DNA of 47,244 nucleotides from a virus (Duplodnaviria; Caudoviricetes): the IMG/VR virus record IMGVR_UViG_3300025014_000154, positions 1-47,244 of that record; one strand, given 5' to 3'. Shown piece by piece: positions 44,861 to 47,244 of the stretch. The notes beneath the pieces are model-generated. The model was not told the origin of the DNA. It worked only from the letters and a program-made list of their open reading frames with translations, and searched no databases. The position numbers and the translations under genes are program-made. Numbering within the stretch: position 1 is the stretch's first letter; each line of letters opens with the position of its first letter.

Positions 44861-45110
44861 GGCTGGCATCCTCCGATTGGTCTGCACCTGTTTCAGAGTC
44901 GCCAGTGGCACTGCTGTTGGCAGCCCAAGTGCTCAGTTCATTCATGCGAAAGCGAACCAAGCCGCCCAGCAGGTAATGTGGAATGCGGTGTTTGGCGCGC
45001 ATCTTGGGGTCGCCAAACCAGTACAGGGGCAGACGCAGCGCGCACGCCGCCTGCTTGGCATCGATCATGGGCTCGGTATCCATTTGGAATTCTTGCTTTG
45101 GTGTGTTCAT
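44847..45110 (-). CDS. Small excisionase/AlpA-like DNA-binding protein
   Basis: MIDAKQAACAL…IPHYLLGGLVRFRMNELSTW; ATGA coupling. Confidence 0.65.
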   Translation of the reverse strand: MNTPKQEFQMDTEPMIDAKQAACALRLPLYWFGDPKMRAKHRIPHYLLGGLVRFRMNELSTWAANSSATGDSETGADQSEDASHDGL

Positions 45111-45844
45111 TGGGTTGTCCTCCAGCAGCGGTCTTGCCACGCGCAAAACTTGCATTCAAAGTGGGTGGCATCAAGGTAGGCGCGAGGCAGCAGTTCACCT
45201 GCCTCAGTGGCTGCAATCACCTTCACGCCCCGGTCGGACATGCGCTGGGCCAGCGCCGCATCGAACGGCACCAACTCGGCGTAGATGTCCATCGTGTCGG
45301 CGTTGACCGCCGTGAAGATGGCCGGGTTTTCGTGCAACTCCAGGTAGGCTTGGTAAATGGCCACTTGTGCGGCATAAACAGGCTTGGAAACCGCGAGCTT
45401 GTTTTTCTCAAGATCACGCCAGGATTTGGAGCCCAGGCACTTGTTTTCCCAAAGCGCAGGATAGGCAAACCCTTCAGGCCCGCCGACAAAGACACCATCG
45501 ATGTGACCCTGCAAGCGACCGTCAGCCGTTGAAAACCCAAACTGCTCGCCGTTCGGTTTGTGCGTGCGCAGATCGAACCCGGCTGCACGAAGCCACGCGA
45601 CCATGCTGTCCTCATTGACGTGGCCACGCTCAAAAATGCGCAGAATCCGCCCCTGCGTCTCGCGCCCCGGGTCCACCGGCGCTTGGGCGTACTCGTATTG
45701 GAGGGCGCGCTCGCACGACACCCCCAGACGAGATGCGCCCAGATACTGGCGGGATTTCTCCTTGGAGCGGGTCTTTTGCAGACCCAGATCAATCAGCGTG
45801 CTGATCTGGCCGCTGACGCTTGATGATGAGTTGAAGTCCATCAT
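45107..45844 (-). CDS. PD-(D/E)XK (Cas4/RecB-like) exonuclease
   Basis: YLGASRLGVSCER, GHIDG, WENK, YAAQVAIYQ, CKFCAWQDRC. Confidence 0.8.
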   Translation of the reverse strand: MMDFNSSSSVSGQISTLIDLGLQKTRSKEKSRQYLGASRLGVSCERALQYEYAQAPVDPGRETQGRILRIFERGHVNEDSMVAWLRAAGFDLRTHKPNGEQFGFSTADGRLQGHIDGVFVGGPEGFAYPALWENKCLGSKSWRDLEKNKLAVSKPVYAAQVAIYQAYLELHENPAIFTAVNADTMDIYAELVPFDAALAQRMSDRGVKVIAATEAGELLPRAYLDATHFECKFCAWQDRCWRTTQ

Positions 45845-46329
45845 TTGGCATCCTCCCAGGGCAGATCGTTTTCCATGTCGGCAAACGGATTGGCGACCAG
45901 ATTCGCCATGGGATCTGGAACCTCTGGCAGACCACGCACCGGTGGGTATTTAGATTTCTCGTGGTGCTCCACCATGGCCTGCGTAAAGCAGGTGACGATT
46001 GAGTCGATGACCGCCAAGGCTTCAGACTCAGAATAGTCGCCCAGTGGTTTTGTGAACCCAATGGCACCGGCTGCTTCGCCGAAGGCCTTGAGGCACTTGA
46101 CCATGGCGTTTTGCTCAACTTCAGAGAGATTGACCATGGTCGCCCCCTTGCTGTCGACCAGGTCGTCTTGCAAACGCACCCAGTTGCCATACATGGCGTG
46201 AAACGCTTTTTGACAGCGCTCGGAACAGAAGACCCAGTCCAGCGGATACCGCTGGGCCTGTCCTGTGCGATGCCGGGTGTCGGTATGACCGTACCCCCGG
46301 GCTTGACGTGAACAGACCCAGCATTTCAT
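45841..46329 (-). CDS. DUF6511-like phage protein
   Basis: CWVC…FCSERCQ zinc-binding N-terminus; acidic DLPWE C-terminus. Confidence 0.7.
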   Translation of the reverse strand: MKCWVCSRQARGYGHTDTRHRTGQAQRYPLDWVFCSERCQKAFHAMYGNWVRLQDDLVDSKGATMVNLSEVEQNAMVKCLKAFGEAAGAIGFTKPLGDYSESEALAVIDSIVTCFTQAMVEHHEKSKYPPVRGLPEVPDPMANLVANPFADMENDLPWEDAK

Positions 46330-46610
46330 CGCCTACCTTTCTTCTTGCAATTGACAAGACGTTCTTCAACTGGGCGACGACCCTCGGTATAACCATCGCA
46401 GTCAACAAAGAAGCGGGTTTTGGCGTGCAGACAGCGGCACTGTTTGATCATCTGGTGCTGGTAGGCACGGGTGCAGTCGGTGCAGAAGTCGCTGTCACCG
46501 GCACGGGTCTTGACGGCATAGGTGCGCCACTGCTGGTACTGCGAGGCGTCACTAAAGCAAGCCGGGTGGTAAGCCTGCGGCATAGGTAAAGAGGCATACA
46601 TAGCTGGCAC
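46326..46610 (-). CDS. Cys-rich hypothetical protein
   Basis: PACF, FCTDCT, RC; ATGA overlap with next gene; start uncertain. Confidence 0.55.
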   Translation of the reverse strand: MPAMYASLPMPQAYHPACFSDASQYQQWRTYAVKTRAGDSDFCTDCTRAYQHQMIKQCRCLHAKTRFFVDCDGYTEGRRPVEERLVNCKKKGRR

Positions 46611-46613
46611 TCC

Positions 46614-47219
46614 TCACTGCGCCCAGGCGGGTTTGCCCGACACGGGTGCTGCGCGTTGCGGTGCTGGCGCTGCTGCTGTGGCGTTGGTCTGCCCTGGTGT
46701 TGCTGCTGGCGCCGGTGTTGCCGGATTGCTTGGTGCTGGCGCTGTGGCTTTCAACTTGGAGGGCACACCCATGATGCGTGCGTACTCAGGATGATCTGGC
46801 TCGATGGCCATCTTGACCACGTTGCGGTCCTCACCCCGGTCGTCCTTTTCGATGTCCACGCGCACCACGAATTCCAGACCGTCAAGATCAACAAACCCCT
46901 GGATGCGCCGGGCGGCGACAGCTTGGGGACTGTTGTCCTGCGGCAGGACGCCTCTGGCACTGTTGAGCGCAGCACGCACGAAGGTTCTGCCCATTTGCGT
47001 CCAGGTTGGCCCCTTGGGTGAGTACAGCCCGATGTTCGACCACATCTTTCGTTTGGCATATTCGCCGCCAGTGATAACAAACTCGGCCGCCAGATAGACC
47101 GCCCCGGTTTTGGAAGACTGAGTGGGGTAGCCATCGGTCCAGCCTTGGCTGGCGTCGTAATGGCCACCAGCTTTGAACGTCATCAGCACCGGCACGAGCG
47201 CGCCCTTAGTCTCTAACAA
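46614..47219 (-). CDS. Phage replication-module protein (possible ssDNA-binding), probably 5'-truncated
   Basis: AVYLAAEFVITGGEYAKRKMWSNIG, Pro/Ala tail ending KPAWAQ; in-frame TGA at 47229-47231 and only a TTG start. Confidence 0.6.
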   Translation of the reverse strand: MLETKGALVPVLMTFKAGGHYDASQGWTDGYPTQSSKTGAVYLAAEFVITGGEYAKRKMWSNIGLYSPKGPTWTQMGRTFVRAALNSARGVLPQDNSPQAVAARRIQGFVDLDGLEFVVRVDIEKDDRGEDRNVVKMAIEPDHPEYARIMGVPSKLKATAPAPSNPATPAPAATPGQTNATAAAPAPQRAAPVSGKPAWAQ

Positions 47220-47244
47220 GTTCAGTCTTCACATTTCCTGCGAA

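Larger units (their letters stand above)
7676..47244 (-). mobile_element. Lambda-like (siphovirus-type) prophage, incomplete in window
   Basis: Colinear replication, packaging, head, tail and lysis modules; no sheath gene recognised; ends and att sites not identified. Confidence 0.9.

Overview
The window has two parts. (1) 1-6846, minus strand: a tightly coupled defence-type operon of DUF4007 protein, ~1100-aa P-loop ATPase and PAPS-reductase-family protein (SspB-SspC-SspD-like DNA phosphorothioation core), followed by a GHKL-ATPase/histidine-kinase fusion that runs off the left edge; a consensus-like LexA box lies just upstream. (2) ~7.7 kb to the right edge: most of a lambda-like long-tailed prophage (probably betaproteobacterial, by my recollection of similar gene sets), almost all on the minus strand. 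It carries replication/recombination genes, an antirepressor, a candidate cos site, two ParB-fused DNA methyltransferases, an oppositely oriented array of four small genes each led by a conserved repeat, terminase, head, tail and lysis genes. The most striking element is a 243-aa intein in the second methyltransferase whose HNH homing endonuclease is encoded not in the intein frame but as a separate overlapping -1-frame gene with its own SD and ATG. Two more HNH genes, a decayed second lysozyme copy, a frameshifting 46-bp duplication and a heptamer-repeat hairpin are also present. No integrase, repressor or att site is visible. Family names come from motif recognition, not database searches.
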